Source: Bacilli bacterium (GTDB lineage Bacteria; Bacillota_I; Bacilli_A; RF39; UBA660). Taken from it: a stretch of 61,293 bases of DNA. The stretch is taken from NCBI GenBank assembly GCA_045541255.1, contig JAZQIU010000051.1:1-61293 (forward strand), in the 5' to 3' direction. Both the position numbers and the translations under genes were made by a program. The notes under the pieces are model-generated. The model was not told the origin of the DNA. It saw nothing but the letters and a program-made list of their open reading frames with translations, and made no database searches. Below, in pieces: positions 38,261-50,659 of the stretch. Every line of letters starts with the position of its first letter. The stretch's first letter is position 1.

Positions 38261-39138
38261 AAAAACAACCTTTCAAAATCCCTAATATACTTATTTATAT
38301 CTTTTTTATTTTCTAAATCTCTAATTAAATTCTTAGGAATATTATCTTTACCATATAATATACCACCAATACTACATATTAAAGATGAATAAATATTAGT
38401 ATTCCCTTCTAAACTATTAATCATATTAAACATATCTAAATAACTATCACTATTTAAAACTACATAAAATACAACATTTAAAACATTAACTATATTATCA
38501 TCAAATCTAATATCTTTATAAAAAATATCTCCCTTTAATACTCTCTTAAAATACTTCTTACTATCTTTACTAAAATATTTAGGAATATCTATTTTCAAAG
38601 CTTTATATTTATCATAACCATCCATTAAATTAATTAAATATTTATAATATATATAAGCTCCTAACAAGACTACTTCATTACTACCAGTTAAAGATATAAC
38701 AGGTATTAATGTATCTAACGTATCTTCATTATAAAAATTATATATAGCTATAGGCAATACTCTAGATAAAGCATAAGAACTAAAATCATCTTCTTTATAA
38801 TTATAATTCAAATTATTTTTTTTACTATAATATTTTAAAATATTTAAAGTTTCTTTATCCATATCATAAACTTTACCATTATTTGTATACTTTCCTAAAA
38901 TTAAACAAGTACACATTTTATTCATTATATCCACTATATTAATTTTTTTTAAACTACTTATAGAATCCATAGTTGCCAACAAAAATGAACTCATAGAAGA
39001 ATAATAACCTTTATCAATATTTAATTTATTATTAAAATTTAATTTAATATTATTATCATATTCTTCTCTTTTCAATATACTTAATCCAAAAGCATCTCCA
39101 ACTATAAAACCATAAACTAAATTTTTAATAGTCTTCAT
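38257..39138 (-). CDS. ADP-ribosylglycohydrolase-fold protein, catalytic residues degenerate
   Basis: G..VGDAFG at the N-terminus and GGILYG...IP at the C-terminus; SDD and DTD motifs absent. Confidence 0.7.
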   Translation of the reverse strand: MKTIKNLVYGFIVGDAFGLSILKREEYDNNIKLNFNNKLNIDKGYYSSMSSFLLATMDSISSLKKINIVDIMNKMCTCLILGKYTNNGKVYDMDKETLNILKYYSKKNNLNYNYKEDDFSSYALSRVLPIAIYNFYNEDTLDTLIPVISLTGSNEVVLLGAYIYYKYLINLMDGYDKYKALKIDIPKYFSKDSKKYFKRVLKGDIFYKDIRFDDNIVNVLNVVFYVVLNSDSYLDMFNMINSLEGNTNIYSSLICSIGGILYGKDNIPKNLIRDLENKKDINKYIRDFERLFL

Positions 39139-39204
39139 AAATATTCCTCTTTACTAAGTATAATTTTATATTAGAAACAATATTTTTTCAAATTAAAATG
39201 TAGA

Positions 39205-40266
39205 CTATTTGTCTACACTTTCTTTTTTAAATGATATTATACACTTCTTAGAATCATTATAAGTACAAATTTCTTCATTCTCTAAATCTATTCTAAATTT
39301 ATATGAATTAGTAGCATTTACATATACTTTTAATACCCCATTAGTACTATCATATTCATTCTTACCAGTTTCTTTATCTCTATCATTAAATTCTATACTA
39401 GAATTTTCTAATTTTATTTTAATACTCTTAAAATTAGTATTTTCATTTTCAGTAACCCAAGTACCTATAATTTTACTAGGTACATAATCTATAACTGGAG
39501 TAACTTCAAATCCAAAATAACACAATATTATTATTGCTATAAATTTAATAATACCTGGTATAAATCTTAATAAATTACTATATACAAACGGCGTAAGTAT
39601 TATAGCAATTATAATAAAATAATAATAATTATTTGTATCCATTCTATGAATACCAAAAATAAATATTATCAAAGATACTAAATATCTAACTATATTTAAC
39701 TGTATATCATCTTCATATTCAGCATAATCATTTATTAAATCAACTATAACACCTATACCAAATATTCCAAGAGTAAATAAATATATTAATCCTTTAACTA
39801 TCTTTTTATCTAAAAATTTATGTATACCAGTAAAACCTAATAAAGCAATTAGTAAAAATCTGCTCTTACTACCGCTAACTCTAACTTGTTTATATTCAAT
39901 TAAATTATTCTCAAAATACTTTAATTCTTTCTTAGTAGCAAGTATTTTATAGGTTGTAATATAATCATCCAAAGCAACTTTAAATTCTTTAGTATTTTCT
40001 TTATAAGAATAATCTTTTGTTAAACACTCTATTAATCTTTTATATATTTTTTTATTTTTTGGAAATACTTCACATAAATTTAAATATTCTTTATAAGCCT
40101 TTTCATAATCTTTATTTTTATAATTTTTTTCTGCTAATTTATAACTTTTATTCTCTAATAAATTATTAATTTTTTTCTTTGTTTTGGACACATTATTATT
40201 CTTGACAACTTTTTTAGTTGTATTTTTTTTTGTAACTACTTTTTTATTAGTTTTACTTTTTTCCAT
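39205..40266 (-). CDS. TM2 (NINE) domain membrane protein with TPR-like N-terminus
   Basis: LGFTGIHKF....KGLIYLFTLGIFGIG.IVDLI. Confidence 0.7.
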   Translation of the reverse strand: MEKSKTNKKVVTKKNTTKKVVKNNNVSKTKKKINNLLENKSYKLAEKNYKNKDYEKAYKEYLNLCEVFPKNKKIYKRLIECLTKDYSYKENTKEFKVALDDYITTYKILATKKELKYFENNLIEYKQVRVSGSKSRFLLIALLGFTGIHKFLDKKIVKGLIYLFTLGIFGIGVIVDLINDYAEYEDDIQLNIVRYLVSLIIFIFGIHRMDTNNYYYFIIIAIILTPFVYSNLLRFIPGIIKFIAIIILCYFGFEVTPVIDYVPSKIIGTWVTENENTNFKSIKIKLENSSIEFNDRDKETGKNEYDSTNGVLKVYVNATNSYKFRIDLENEEICTYNDSKKCIISFKKESVDK

Positions 40267-40328
40267 AACAACACATCCTTTTAATTTGTTTTTTATTATA
40301 ACACTAAATTTAAAAAAATAAAGTATTT

Positions 40329-40757
40329 TTACCTATCGCTTAATTCACTTAAATTATTAACCATAATCCAATCTTCTAATGGAGTATAATTACCAATATT
40401 AATTGGTTCAATATTCTCTAATTTATCAAACTCTATAATACATATACATTTCTTTTTCCACTTAGTAATTTCTTCATCACATAAATTTAAGTTATCTTTA
40501 TACACATCAAATATTTTATCTATTTCCATACTTGTTAATCTTGAATAACTTTCTGCATTTGTTACATGAGCACGATACATTGTTTCATGGCTACCCTTTT
40601 CAACAAAATACAATTCATCATTTACAAATATTCTTGAATGAGGAATGCGGCGACTAGCACTACCACGCAAAAGAATGGTTCTTTCTCCATTAATTATTTT
40701 TTCTAATTCTTTATATTTATTATCACATATAACTATATGTATCACTTCTATCACCAA
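40329..40757 (-). CDS. ASCH/PUA-like domain protein
   Basis: LEKIINGERTILLRG and DELYFVE. Confidence 0.5.
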   Translation of the reverse strand: MVIEVIHIVICDNKYKELEKIINGERTILLRGSASRRIPHSRIFVNDELYFVEKGSHETMYRAHVTNAESYSRLTSMEIDKIFDVYKDNLNLCDEEITKWKKKCICIIEFDKLENIEPINIGNYTPLEDWIMVNNLSELSDR

Positions 40758-40867
40758 TTAATATTCTAACATAATTTATTATTAAAAAATATCAATTTTT
40801 TAAATTTTACAAAAAAAGTACTAATAAATTTATTAGCACTTTAATATACTATATCCAAAATTCAAAT

Positions 40868-41770
40868 TTAAATACTTTTATCTTTATTTACTAAATCTTT
40901 TATCTTTCTAAAATAATGATTTATACAAGATTTAGTGATTGTTGTTTCTGTTTCCATAGATATTATATAAGCTAGTTCATTCATAGTAGTTTCTGGATAT
41001 TTCTCACGATAACTTATAACTAATTTTATTTTATCATCCAATAAATCTAACATATCTCTTTCCTTTAAATAATTAATATTCTCTAATTGTTCACGACATG
41101 TCTTCATACTCTTTTCCATATTAGCTTGTTCACAATTATTTAATCTATTAACCATATTTTTATGATCTCTATATATTCTTATATCCTCATAATAAAATAA
41201 AGAATTCATAGCGCCTAACACTTTAATAAAATCACTTATTTCTTCGCTAGCTTTCAAATATACCATATAACCTTTATCACGATGTATTATCTTACTATTA
41301 AACTTCAATTTAATTAACAGTTTATTTATTAATTCAGCATCATTTAAATCATTCACTAAAAACTCTAAATGATATTTACTCTTACTAGGATCATTTATTG
41401 ACCCACTAGATAAAAATACTCCTTTTAAATACGCAGAAACTTCTTCAAAATTACTATTTAATACATTATCATTAAGTTCATCGATCTCTTCTTTAATTAA
41501 ATCTACTTTTTCTGTAATAGATAATATAAACATCTTCTTAACTTTAAATCTTTTTATAGTTCTTATAGTTAAGTTAATATTTATATTATAAATAGTTTTA
41601 AGTAATTTAAAAATATATCTAGCAACACTAGCATTTTCTATTAAAACAATTATTTTATTCCCTTCTATAGTACTTGCAAATTTTAAATAAGATAAAAGTT
41701 CTATTCTACTTTCAATATTATTAGGAATATCTTTAGTTATCTCATCTTTTATTCTAGTAGTAAATGTCAT
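40868..41770 (-). CDS. whiA: DNA-binding protein WhiA
   Basis: GSINDP..KYHLE, YLK.SE.I.DF and NRLNNCEQAN. Confidence 0.93.
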   Translation of the reverse strand: MTFTTRIKDEITKDIPNNIESRIELLSYLKFASTIEGNKIIVLIENASVARYIFKLLKTIYNININLTIRTIKRFKVKKMFILSITEKVDLIKEEIDELNDNVLNSNFEEVSAYLKGVFLSSGSINDPSKSKYHLEFLVNDLNDAELINKLLIKLKFNSKIIHRDKGYMVYLKASEEISDFIKVLGAMNSLFYYEDIRIYRDHKNMVNRLNNCEQANMEKSMKTCREQLENINYLKERDMLDLLDDKIKLVISYREKYPETTMNELAYIISMETETTITKSCINHYFRKIKDLVNKDKSI

Positions 41771-41772
41771 AA

Positions 41773-42735
41773 TTACACCTCATCCATTAAATATGAAAAT
41801 ATTAAATAAGATGTTTTTAACGAATCATGCTTGATAGTACCATCAACATGTGAATTATGATATAATTTATCACTAATTAATTTACAATTTAATTTTTCTA
41901 TTTCTTTTTTATCTACTTTGACTTGATCTTTTTGTTCTTCAGTCTCATATTTTCTAGCAGTTTTAGTAGGTATCTTTTTGTCATTAGCAATTACTACATC
42001 GATTGCCTTTATATATTTATTTATTACTTTTAAATGATCACTAACTTTAAAATCATCAGTCTCACCAGGTTGAGTAAATAAATTGGATACATACATTTTT
42101 TTTGCTTTACTATCATTTATAGCGACTTGTATTTCAGGAATTATTAAATGAGGTAAAATACTAGTATATAAGGAACCAGGAGAAATAATAATTAAATCAG
42201 CATTCTTTAAAGATTTCAAAACTTCTTTATTAACTTCAAATTCTCTATCATAACTTAATTCTTTTATCTTTTTTTCACTCTTTGTAATACTATCTTCTCC
42301 TACAATTTTAGTACCATCTTCCATAATACTTACCAATTCTACTTTTTCTTCAGTAATAGGTAAAATTCTTCCATTTATTTTTAATAATTTACACATAAAA
42401 TCTATAGCATCTGTCAGATTACCTTTTTGTTCTATTAAAGCAGCCAACATCATATTTCTAATTGGATGATTTTCCAAAGATGGATTATCAAATCTATAAG
42501 ATAATAAATTTATTAAATCTTGATTACCATTCGCCATAGTTAACATAACTTTACCTATATCGCCTACAGCTGGAATACTTAATTCTCTTTTTAATACACC
42601 AGTACTAGAACCATCATCTGCAACACTAATTATTGCAGTAACATTAACTGGAAATAATTTTAATCCAGATAATAAATGAGATAATCCAGTCCCACCACCA
42701 AATACAACTACGTTTTTCATATAATCACGTCCCAT
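41773..42735 (-). CDS. yvcK: YvcK/GlmR (CofD-like) protein
   Basis: GGGTG, DDGSSTG, PGSLYTSI and TQPGET. Confidence 0.93.
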   Translation of the reverse strand: MGRDYMKNVVVFGGGTGLSHLLSGLKLFPVNVTAIISVADDGSSTGVLKRELSIPAVGDIGKVMLTMANGNQDLINLLSYRFDNPSLENHPIRNMMLAALIEQKGNLTDAIDFMCKLLKINGRILPITEEKVELVSIMEDGTKIVGEDSITKSEKKIKELSYDREFEVNKEVLKSLKNADLIIISPGSLYTSILPHLIIPEIQVAINDSKAKKMYVSNLFTQPGETDDFKVSDHLKVINKYIKAIDVVIANDKKIPTKTARKYETEEQKDQVKVDKKEIEKLNCKLISDKLYHNSHVDGTIKHDSLKTSYLIFSYLMDEV

Positions 42736-42790
42736 GTGAAATTATAACATATTAATTTGATATTTGCATTTATTTATGCAATTAAAAAAT

Positions 42791-43909
42791 TTAATCATTA
42801 TATCGATTAAATTTTTTAAACGCTTCTTCATTAGAAAAATCAGTATTATCTAATGATTTAAATAATTTCTTTTGTTCTTTGTCTAATTTAGTAGGAATAA
42901 TAACATTATAAATTACATAAGTATCGCCTTTTTTACCAAGTTTCTCATCATCAATACCTTTACCACGTAATTTAATTTTATCCCCATTTTGAGTACCTGG
43001 CTCTATTTCTAATTTAACTTTACCTTGAATTGTATTAATTTCTTTTTTAGAACCTAATACAGCTTCAGTAATAGTTATTGGTACTTTAATATAAATATCA
43101 GAACCTTCTCTTTGATAAATAGGATGCTCTTTTATACTAAATTCTATATAAACATCACCATTTGGACCACCATTTAATCCTACAGATGCTTTGCCACTCA
43201 TTCTTAATTGGTCTCCATTATCAACGCCTCTAGGTACACGAACCTTCAAAGATTTTTTCTTTAAAACATTTCCATTTCCACGACAAGTATTACAAGTTGT
43301 TTCAAATACATTACCAGTTCCATTACATTTAGTACAAGTGCTTTCAGTTTGAAACATTCCTAATATAGTTCTTTGTTCTTGGACTACTCGTCCTCTACCA
43401 TTACAAGTAGGACAAGTTTTTGAATTATGCCCACCTACACCATTACATGAATCACACTTGTCTTTTACATTTATAGTAAATTCTTTTTCACAACCAAATA
43501 CTGCTTCCTCAAAAGATAATTCAATTCTAACTAAAGCATCATCACCTTTTGCAGGTCTTTTGGCATTTCTACCTCTACGAGTTCCCCCGCCCATAAATTG
43601 TTCAAAAAGATCTCCTAAATCAAAATCTTCAAATCCAAAACCTGAGAAACCTCCGCCACCAAAACCAGAGAATCCACTGGCTCCAGTTCCATCAAAAGCT
43701 GCTGAACCAAATTGATCATACTGCTTACGTTTTGTTGGATCTGACAAAACAGAATAAGCTTCACCAATTTCTTTAAACTTTTCTTGAGCTCCAGCTTCTT
43801 TATTCACATCTGGATGATATTGTTTAGCAAGTTTACGAAAAGCACGTTTTATCTCATCATCACTTGCATTTTTATCAATACCTAAAGTTTTATAATAATC
43901 TTTAGCCAT
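42791..43909 (-). CDS. dnaJ: Chaperone DnaJ
   Basis: HPD J-domain, G/F region, four CxxCxGxG repeats. Confidence 0.97.
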   Translation of the reverse strand: MAKDYYKTLGIDKNASDDEIKRAFRKLAKQYHPDVNKEAGAQEKFKEIGEAYSVLSDPTKRKQYDQFGSAAFDGTGASGFSGFGGGGFSGFGFEDFDLGDLFEQFMGGGTRRGRNAKRPAKGDDALVRIELSFEEAVFGCEKEFTINVKDKCDSCNGVGGHNSKTCPTCNGRGRVVQEQRTILGMFQTESTCTKCNGTGNVFETTCNTCRGNGNVLKKKSLKVRVPRGVDNGDQLRMSGKASVGLNGGPNGDVYIEFSIKEHPIYQREGSDIYIKVPITITEAVLGSKKEINTIQGKVKLEIEPGTQNGDKIKLRGKGIDDEKLGKKGDTYVIYNVIIPTKLDKEQKKLFKSLDNTDFSNEEAFKKFNRYND

Positions 43910-45699
43910 TATTTCACCTCTATTAATTCATTAAACTCATTAACTAATTCATCAAAATAGTTTATTGCTTCATTATAAACTAATTCATCTGCCAAATCAA
44001 CACCAGCTTCTTTTAATTCTAAATAAGGATAATTACTTCCACCACTTTTTAAGAACATTTTATATTTATTTAAAACTTCTTTATTACCATCTAGAATATT
44101 TTTAGCAAAATACATAGCTGCTGCTACCCCAGTAGAATATTTATATAAATAGAAAGGACTATAATAATGCATTCTTGATGCCCATCTAGAAATAAATAAA
44201 TCATCTAAAACAACTTCATTTCCATAAAATTCTTTTCTAATATCTCTAATAGTATCATCAAAAATATCCGCATTTATAGATTCACCATTTTTTATTTTCT
44301 CATGAATTATATCTTCTAATTGTCCTTCTAAAATTGCATCATAAAAATTATTTTGAAATACATTAATATTATTATATAATCCAGCCATTTTTTCTTCTTT
44401 ATTACCATTTTTTATTAAATAACCATTTAATAAAATTTCATTTGTTAAACTAGCAACTTCTGCAACAAATAAATCATATTGATAATTAGTAAAATTATTA
44501 TTTTCTATTGAATAAATAAAATGCACAGCATGTCCTAATTCATGAATAATTGTAGATACATCTTCTAATTTATTTTTATAGTTAGTACAAACTATTGGAC
44601 CACCATTATATGAAGATGTAGAATATATTGAACTAGTCTTATTTTTATAAGATGCATAATCAATTCTTCTTTCATCAAACATTTTATTTAACTTTTCAAT
44701 ATAATCATCACCTAATACTGATAATGATTTTATAATTAATTCTCTTGCTTCCTCAATACTATAATTTTTATCATAATTTGATAAAGGAACAAATATATCA
44801 TAAGTATGCAATTCTTCTAAATTTAAAATCTTTTTTATTAATTTTAAATAGTTTTGAAAACTATTTAATGTATTTAAAGCTATTTTAGTAACTGTATCAT
44901 GAACACTAGCCGGTATATTAGATTCAAAAGAATCCATATCTAAAACATTTTCATACTTTTTAATTTTCGCTATATCATTACAATAACTCAAATAAGAATT
45001 TAAACTTAATGCATAAATATCTCTAAATTGAGATAGTTTACTATTAACAGCTTCAAAAACACATTTTCGTATATTTCTATCTTTATTAGAAATTAAATTA
45101 CGATAATTACCAGAAGTAATTTCAATTTCTTTTCCATCAATAATAATATTTCCATATTTTAATGTGCTATCAGATAAAGTACTTGCAATTTGAGAAAAAC
45201 TTCTATAATTTTTAGTCAAAATAGAAATCATTTTTTCTTCATTTTCATCCAAAATATGTTCTTTACTTCTAAGGACATTTTCAATCCAAAATTTATACTC
45301 TTCTAATTTAGGATATTCTTTAATATATTTATTTATATTTTCTTTATCAAATTTTAATAAATCTGTAACTATATAAGTAGATGCCGCATCACTTTCTCTC
45401 CATAAATTTGAAATTATATTAACTTTATTCAAACTATCTCCATTACTTAAATCAAAATCATAACTAACACTTGAATATATATATAAATCTTCTAAAAGTT
45501 TTTCAGTTTCAAAATATAAAGTTAAAACATTATAAAAATGCTCCGCATCTATCAAATAATCTTTTTTTAAATCATTAAATTTCTCTATATTTTCTTTAAC
45601 AGCATTTACCTTATTTTCAAAATCTTTTTCATCTTTTACATACAAAGACATATCAATTTTATATTTCTCTTCTACTTCATTTCTAGAACTATATTCCAT
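43909..45699 (-). CDS. pepF: Oligoendopeptidase F (M3B)
   Basis: HELGH, AEVAS..NE and HYYSPFY.YKY. Confidence 0.9.
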   Translation of the reverse strand: MEYSSRNEVEEKYKIDMSLYVKDEKDFENKVNAVKENIEKFNDLKKDYLIDAEHFYNVLTLYFETEKLLEDLYIYSSVSYDFDLSNGDSLNKVNIISNLWRESDAASTYIVTDLLKFDKENINKYIKEYPKLEEYKFWIENVLRSKEHILDENEEKMISILTKNYRSFSQIASTLSDSTLKYGNIIIDGKEIEITSGNYRNLISNKDRNIRKCVFEAVNSKLSQFRDIYALSLNSYLSYCNDIAKIKKYENVLDMDSFESNIPASVHDTVTKIALNTLNSFQNYLKLIKKILNLEELHTYDIFVPLSNYDKNYSIEEARELIIKSLSVLGDDYIEKLNKMFDERRIDYASYKNKTSSIYSTSSYNGGPIVCTNYKNKLEDVSTIIHELGHAVHFIYSIENNNFTNYQYDLFVAEVASLTNEILLNGYLIKNGNKEEKMAGLYNNINVFQNNFYDAILEGQLEDIIHEKIKNGESINADIFDDTIRDIRKEFYGNEVVLDDLFISRWASRMHYYSPFYLYKYSTGVAAAMYFAKNILDGNKEVLNKYKMFLKSGGSNYPYLELKEAGVDLADELVYNEAINYFDELVNEFNELIEVK

Positions 45700-45720
45700 T
45701 ATTCCTCCAAATTTAAAGCA

Positions 45721-45743
45721 AGAGATTAGTTAGACTAATCTCT
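45721..45743 (-). terminator. Hairpin after dnaK with weak U-tract (partial terminator or mRNA stabiliser)
   Basis: AGAGATTAGT-tag-ACTAATCTCT. Confidence 0.55.
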
Positions 45744-45748
45744 ACTTA

Positions 45749-47566
45749 TTATTTATTAACAAATTCTGCTTCTGTTGCTTCTTCTTCATTTGAAGCATTT
45801 TCGGTTGCACCAGCATTTGCTTGAGCAGCCTCTTGATATATACGAGTTGCATATTCAATTGCTTTTTCATTTAATTTAGCAGTTTTATCTTTGATATCTT
45901 CAACGTCATTTCCTTCTAAAGATTTCTTTAAGTCTTCAATTAAACTTTCAGTATCTTTCTTTTCATCCTCAGTTAATTTATCACCTAAATCTTTAATTGA
46001 TTTTTCAGTTGTAAATATTGTTTGTTCAGCTTCGTTTCTTGCATCAGCTTCAGCTTTTTTCTTTTCATCCGCTTCTTTATTAGCTTCAGCTTCTTTCATC
46101 ATCTTATCAATTTCTTCATCACTTAAATTTGTATTTGAAGTAATTGTAATATGTTGTTCTTTATTAGTACCTAAATCTTTAGCAGTAACATTTACGATAC
46201 CATTTGCATCTATATCAAATTTAACTTCAATTTGAGGAACTCCTCTTGGAGCAGCAGGAATATCACTTAATTGGAATCTTCCTAATGTTTTATTATCTGC
46301 AGCCATTGGTCTTTCACCTTGTAATACATGAATATCAACTGCTGGTTGATTATCTACTGCTGTAGAGAATACTTGTGATTTACTTGCAGGAATTGTTGTA
46401 TTTCTAGGAATTAAAACAGTCATAACATTTCCTAAAGTTTCAATACCTAATGATAATGGAGTTACGTCTAATAATACTAAATCATCAACTTCCCCAGTTA
46501 ATACACCACCTTGAATTGCAGCACCCATAGCAACAACTTCATCAGGGTTAACACTCTTATTTGGTTCTTTACCTAATTCTTCTTTAATTAAATTTTGAAT
46601 ATAAGGAATTCTACTTGAACCACCAACTAATACAACTTGGTCAATTTCATTTTTACTTAATTTAGCATCTTTCATTGCTTTTCTAACAGCATCTAAAGTA
46701 GAATCAAATAAATCTTTACATAAGTTTTCAAACTTAGCACGAGTTATTGACATATCCATATGAACAGGACCATCTGCATTTTGAGTTAAGAAAGGTAAAT
46801 TAATATTTGTTGTAGTCATACTACTTAAATCTTTCTTAGCTTTTTCAGCAGCATCTTTTATACGTTGCATAGCCATTTTATCTTTGCTTAAATCAATACC
46901 GTTTTCTTTTTTGAATTCTTCAACTATATAATCCATTAAGCATTTATCAAAGTCATCTCCACCAAGACGATTATTACCACTTGTAGATTTAACTTCAAAT
47001 ACTCCATCACCTAATTCAAGGATTGATACGTCAAATGTTCCACCACCTAAGTCATATACTAAGATAGTTTGTAACTTATCTTGTTTATCTAAACCATATG
47101 CTAAAGCTGCTGCAGTAGGTTCATTAACAATTCTTTCAACTTCTAAACCAGCGATCTTACCAGCATTTTTAGTTGCTTGTCTTTCAGCATCGTTAAAATA
47201 TGCTGGAACAGTAATAACTGCTTTAGTAACAGGTTCTCCTAAATAAGCTTCTGCATCTTTCTTTAATTTCATTAAAATTTTTGCACTTATTTCTTCTGGA
47301 GTATATTTTTTATCATCAATCTCTACTTTTTCATTTGTACCCATTTTTCTTTTAATTGAAGCAATAGTTTTTAAAGGATTTGTAACTGCTTGATGTTTTG
47401 CAGTAACACCAACTATTTCTTCTCCATTTTTAAATGCTACAACACTTGGTGTTGTTCTATCTCCTTCAGCATTTGTAATAACTTTAGGTTCTCCACCTTC
47501 TAGTACAGCAACACATGAGTTTGTTGTACCTAAATCTATACCAATAATTTTTGCCATATTTTTCAC
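45749..47566 (-). CDS. dnaK: Chaperone DnaK
   Basis: [17 protein letters not shown] and DLGGGTFD. Confidence 0.98.
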   Translation of the reverse strand: MKNMAKIIGIDLGTTNSCVAVLEGGEPKVITNAEGDRTTPSVVAFKNGEEIVGVTAKHQAVTNPLKTIASIKRKMGTNEKVEIDDKKYTPEEISAKILMKLKKDAEAYLGEPVTKAVITVPAYFNDAERQATKNAGKIAGLEVERIVNEPTAAALAYGLDKQDKLQTILVYDLGGGTFDVSILELGDGVFEVKSTSGNNRLGGDDFDKCLMDYIVEEFKKENGIDLSKDKMAMQRIKDAAEKAKKDLSSMTTTNINLPFLTQNADGPVHMDMSITRAKFENLCKDLFDSTLDAVRKAMKDAKLSKNEIDQVVLVGGSSRIPYIQNLIKEELGKEPNKSVNPDEVVAMGAAIQGGVLTGEVDDLVLLDVTPLSLGIETLGNVMTVLIPRNTTIPASKSQVFSTAVDNQPAVDIHVLQGERPMAADNKTLGRFQLSDIPAAPRGVPQIEVKFDIDANGIVNVTAKDLGTNKEQHITITSNTNLSDEEIDKMMKEAEANKEADEKKKAEADARNEAEQTIFTTEKSIKDLGDKLTEDEKKDTESLIEDLKKSLEGNDVEDIKDKTAKLNEKAIEYATRIYQEAAQANAGATENASNEEEATEAEFVNK

Positions 47567-47571
47567 TCTCC

Positions 47572-48144
47572 TTATTCATTTACTTTGACCATGGCAGGTC
47601 TAATTACTCTATCTTTATACATATAACCTTTTTGAAGTACTTCTAATACTACTCCATGAGGTTTATTTTCATCATGATCCATTAAAACCGCTTGATGAAC
47701 TGTAGGATTAAATTCAATACCTTCAGCTTCTATTTCTTTAACTTCATTATTATTTAATATTTCAATAATACTTGTATAAATCATTTTAAATCCACTTAAG
47801 AACTTAGAAACTTCATCACTTAAATCATTATCATCCATTTTTAATCCTCTTTCAAAATTATCCATAACAGGTAATAACGATTTTAAAACATCTTCATTAG
47901 CATATTTCAACATTGTTGATGTTTCTTCTTCTTTTCTTCTTTTAAAATTCATCATTTCAGCTTGAGCTCTTAAAACTTTTTCATTACTAAGTAATAAATC
48001 ATTTTTTAATTTTTCTATTTCAAGTTCAAGTTTTTCACATTTTTTATTATCTTTATTTTTCTTTTCTTTTTTTGAAGTTTCTTCCCCTTTATCTTCTTTT
48101 TCTATTTCTTCGATATTTTCAATATCTTTTACTTTTTCTTCCAT
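47572..48144 (-). CDS. grpE: Nucleotide exchange factor GrpE
   Basis: [19 protein letters not shown] and QKGY...[10 protein letters not shown]. Confidence 0.96.
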   Translation of the reverse strand: MEEKVKDIENIEEIEKEDKGEETSKKEKKNKDNKKCEKLELEIEKLKNDLLLSNEKVLRAQAEMMNFKRRKEEETSTMLKYANEDVLKSLLPVMDNFERGLKMDDNDLSDEVSKFLSGFKMIYTSIIEILNNNEVKEIEAEGIEFNPTVHQAVLMDHDENKPHGVVLEVLQKGYMYKDRVIRPAMVKVNE

Positions 48145-48147
48145 ATA

Positions 48148-49140
48148 TTACCTTTCTATGTAGTTCTTCAAGAAATTTAGTAAAGTCACAACTTTATCAT
48201 ATTCCATTCTCTTAGGACCAATAATAGCAAGTGTACCAACTTCTCCATTTACATTATAACTAGTTTTAATTACAGTTGTATCTGGATCAAAATTATTTTC
48301 ATTACCTATATACACTTTTATTTCTTTATCATCAGTCTCAATATTCTTTACTAATTCTACATTTTCTAATTTACTAATTATTTCTTTTATCTTTTCTGGT
48401 TCATTATATTCTGGTTGCTTAAGTATATTTGTTTTTCCTCCAAAAAATACATCATCATTTGCTTTATCTTGAAAATCCGAAAAAGCATCATAGAAGAAAC
48501 TACATAACTCTTCATACTTAGCCATTGTCTTAGCAATCTCTGGTTTAATTTCAAATTCCAATTTTTCTAAAACTTCATTTAAAGGAGTTCCTGTTAATGA
48601 TTTGTTAACTATCTCACAAGTTTTAACAACCTCTTTAATACTAATATCATCTGGAATAATAACCTGTTTATTTTCCACATGACCAGTATTAGTTACTAAA
48701 ACTGCTACCACCCTTTTTTGATCTATCGGAATAATACTAATTTGTTTTAATATATTATTTTCACTACTCTTACCTAAAACAATACTTGTATAATTTGTTA
48801 TATCACTAATAATTTCCATACACTTATTTATAGCATCAGTTAGCACCAAATCTTTATTATTAAGTATTGTTTGAAGTTTTAATAAATCCTCACCAGTTAT
48901 TTCTTTAGGTTTCATTAAATTATCTACATAATAGTTATATCCTTTTTCACTCGGAATACGTCCACTACTAGTATGAGTTTTTTCTAAATAACCTAATTCT
49001 TCTAAATAACTCATATCATTTCTAATTGTTGCACTTGAACAATCAAACATCTCACATAGTGACTTAGAACCAACTGGTTTTACATTCTTAATATAGGATT
49101 CAACAATAGCCTTCAACAATCTATTTTGTCTATCCCCCAC
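48148..49140 (-). CDS. hrcA: Heat-inducible repressor HrcA
   Basis: PVGSK, SSATIRN, HTSSGRIP and IGPKRM.Y. Confidence 0.96.
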   Translation of the reverse strand: MGDRQNRLLKAIVESYIKNVKPVGSKSLCEMFDCSSATIRNDMSYLEELGYLEKTHTSSGRIPSEKGYNYYVDNLMKPKEITGEDLLKLQTILNNKDLVLTDAINKCMEIISDITNYTSIVLGKSSENNILKQISIIPIDQKRVVAVLVTNTGHVENKQVIIPDDISIKEVVKTCEIVNKSLTGTPLNEVLEKLEFEIKPEIAKTMAKYEELCSFFYDAFSDFQDKANDDVFFGGKTNILKQPEYNEPEKIKEIISKLENVELVKNIETDDKEIKVYIGNENNFDPDTTVIKTSYNVNGEVGTLAIIGPKRMEYDKVVTLLNFLKNYIER

Positions 49141-49153
49141 AAGATCACCATCC

Positions 49154-49227
49154 TTAGCACACTAACTTTCTTAGTGCTAACTTCATTATAATATTATGCT
49201 TAGCACTTGTCAATATATGAGTGCTAA
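49154..49227. promoter_or_regulatory. Two CIRCE elements around the hrcA SigA promoter
   Basis: TTAGCACAC-N9-TAGTGCTAA (49154-49180) and TTAGCACTT-N10-GAGTGCTAA (49200-49227); minus-strand TTGACA-17-TATAAT at 49185-49213. Confidence 0.9.
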
Positions 49228-49288
49228 TTTTACATAAATTATTTTTTTTCATAAAAAAACTATAGTATAATGAATCTAGGTGATATAA

Positions 49289-50623
49289 ATGAATGAAAAA
49301 ATATTAGAACTATTAAACGAAAATAATTATACTGAAATTAAAAATACATTAACAGAATTAAACGATTTTGATATAGCTGATATATTAAACGAATTTGACG
49401 AAGAATACTTATTAAAAATATTTAGATTATTAAACAAAGATAAAGCAGCTAATGTTTTTTCATACCTCGATATCGACCTACAACAAAAATTAATTAGTAA
49501 ATTAACAGACAAAGAACAAGTTAATATAGTTAAAAACTTATACTCCGATGATGCTGTTGACTTACTAGATGAACTACCTAGTAACGTTGTAAAAAAGATT
49601 TTAAATAACGTAGATAAACAAACAAGAAATGATATAAATAGTCTTTTAAATTATCCAGAAAATTCTGCTGGTAGTATTATGACAGTCGAATTAATAGATT
49701 TAAAAGCAGATAGTACAGTTAGTGAAGCATTAAAACGTATAAGAAAAATAGCAAACATTCAAGAATCTATTGAAACAAGTTATGTTATTAGTAATGATAG
49801 AATCTTATTAGGAAGCGTAAATTTAAAAGATATAATATTAAATCAACCAAATAAAAAAATTAAAAACATAATGGATGATAATGTAATAAGTGTCAATACA
49901 CATACTGACCAAGAAGAAGTTGCTAACATCATGCAAGACTATGACCTAACAAGTATACCAGTAACAGATAGTGAAAATAGATTGGTAGGAATTATTACAA
50001 TCGACGATATTATTGATATATTAGAAGAAGAAACTACAGAAGATATTGAAAAAATGGCTGCTATTGTCCCTACTGAAAAACCATACTTAAAATTATCTAT
50101 ATTAGATATTTATAAAAGTCGTATACCATGGTTATTACTACTAATGATATCAGCAACATTTACTGGTAAAATAATACAACATTACGAAGAAAGTTTAGCA
50201 ACATATGTAATACTTACTTCATTCATTCCAATGCTAATGAATACCGGAGGTAATGCAGGAGGACAATCTAGCGTAACAATAATAAGAGGACTTTCTTTAG
50301 ATGAAATAGAATTTAAAGATACATTTAAAATAATTTTTAAAGAAGGAAAAGTTTCTATACTTATAGGTATTACTTTAGCACTAGTTAATTTCTTAAAATT
50401 AATACTACTAGATAAAATCAGTTTATTAGTATCTTTAGTTGTATCTCTAACAATTATAGTTACTATTATACTTGCAGAAATTATTGGTTGTATTTTACCA
50501 ATACTTGCAAAAAAATTAAAACTAGATCCAGCAGTTATGGCTAGTCCATTTATTACTACAATAGTAGATGCTGTATCTCTAATTACATATTTTAAAATTG
50601 CAACAATGCTTCTAGGAATATAA
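49289..50623 (+). CDS. mgtE: Magnesium transporter MgtE
   Basis: CBS pair, GGNAGGQ and DPA..ASPFITT.VD. Confidence 0.95.
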   Translation: MNEKILELLNENNYTEIKNTLTELNDFDIADILNEFDEEYLLKIFRLLNKDKAANVFSYLDIDLQQKLISKLTDKEQVNIVKNLYSDDAVDLLDELPSNVVKKILNNVDKQTRNDINSLLNYPENSAGSIMTVELIDLKADSTVSEALKRIRKIANIQESIETSYVISNDRILLGSVNLKDIILNQPNKKIKNIMDDNVISVNTHTDQEEVANIMQDYDLTSIPVTDSENRLVGIITIDDIIDILEEETTEDIEKMAAIVPTEKPYLKLSILDIYKSRIPWLLLLMISATFTGKIIQHYEESLATYVILTSFIPMLMNTGGNAGGQSSVTIIRGLSLDEIEFKDTFKIIFKEGKVSILIGITLALVNFLKLILLDKISLLVSLVVSLTIIVTIILAEIIGCILPILAKKLKLDPAVMASPFITTIVDAVSLITYFKIATMLLGI

Positions 50624-50659
50624 TAAAGTATTTTACAAATATATTTATATAATGATAAA

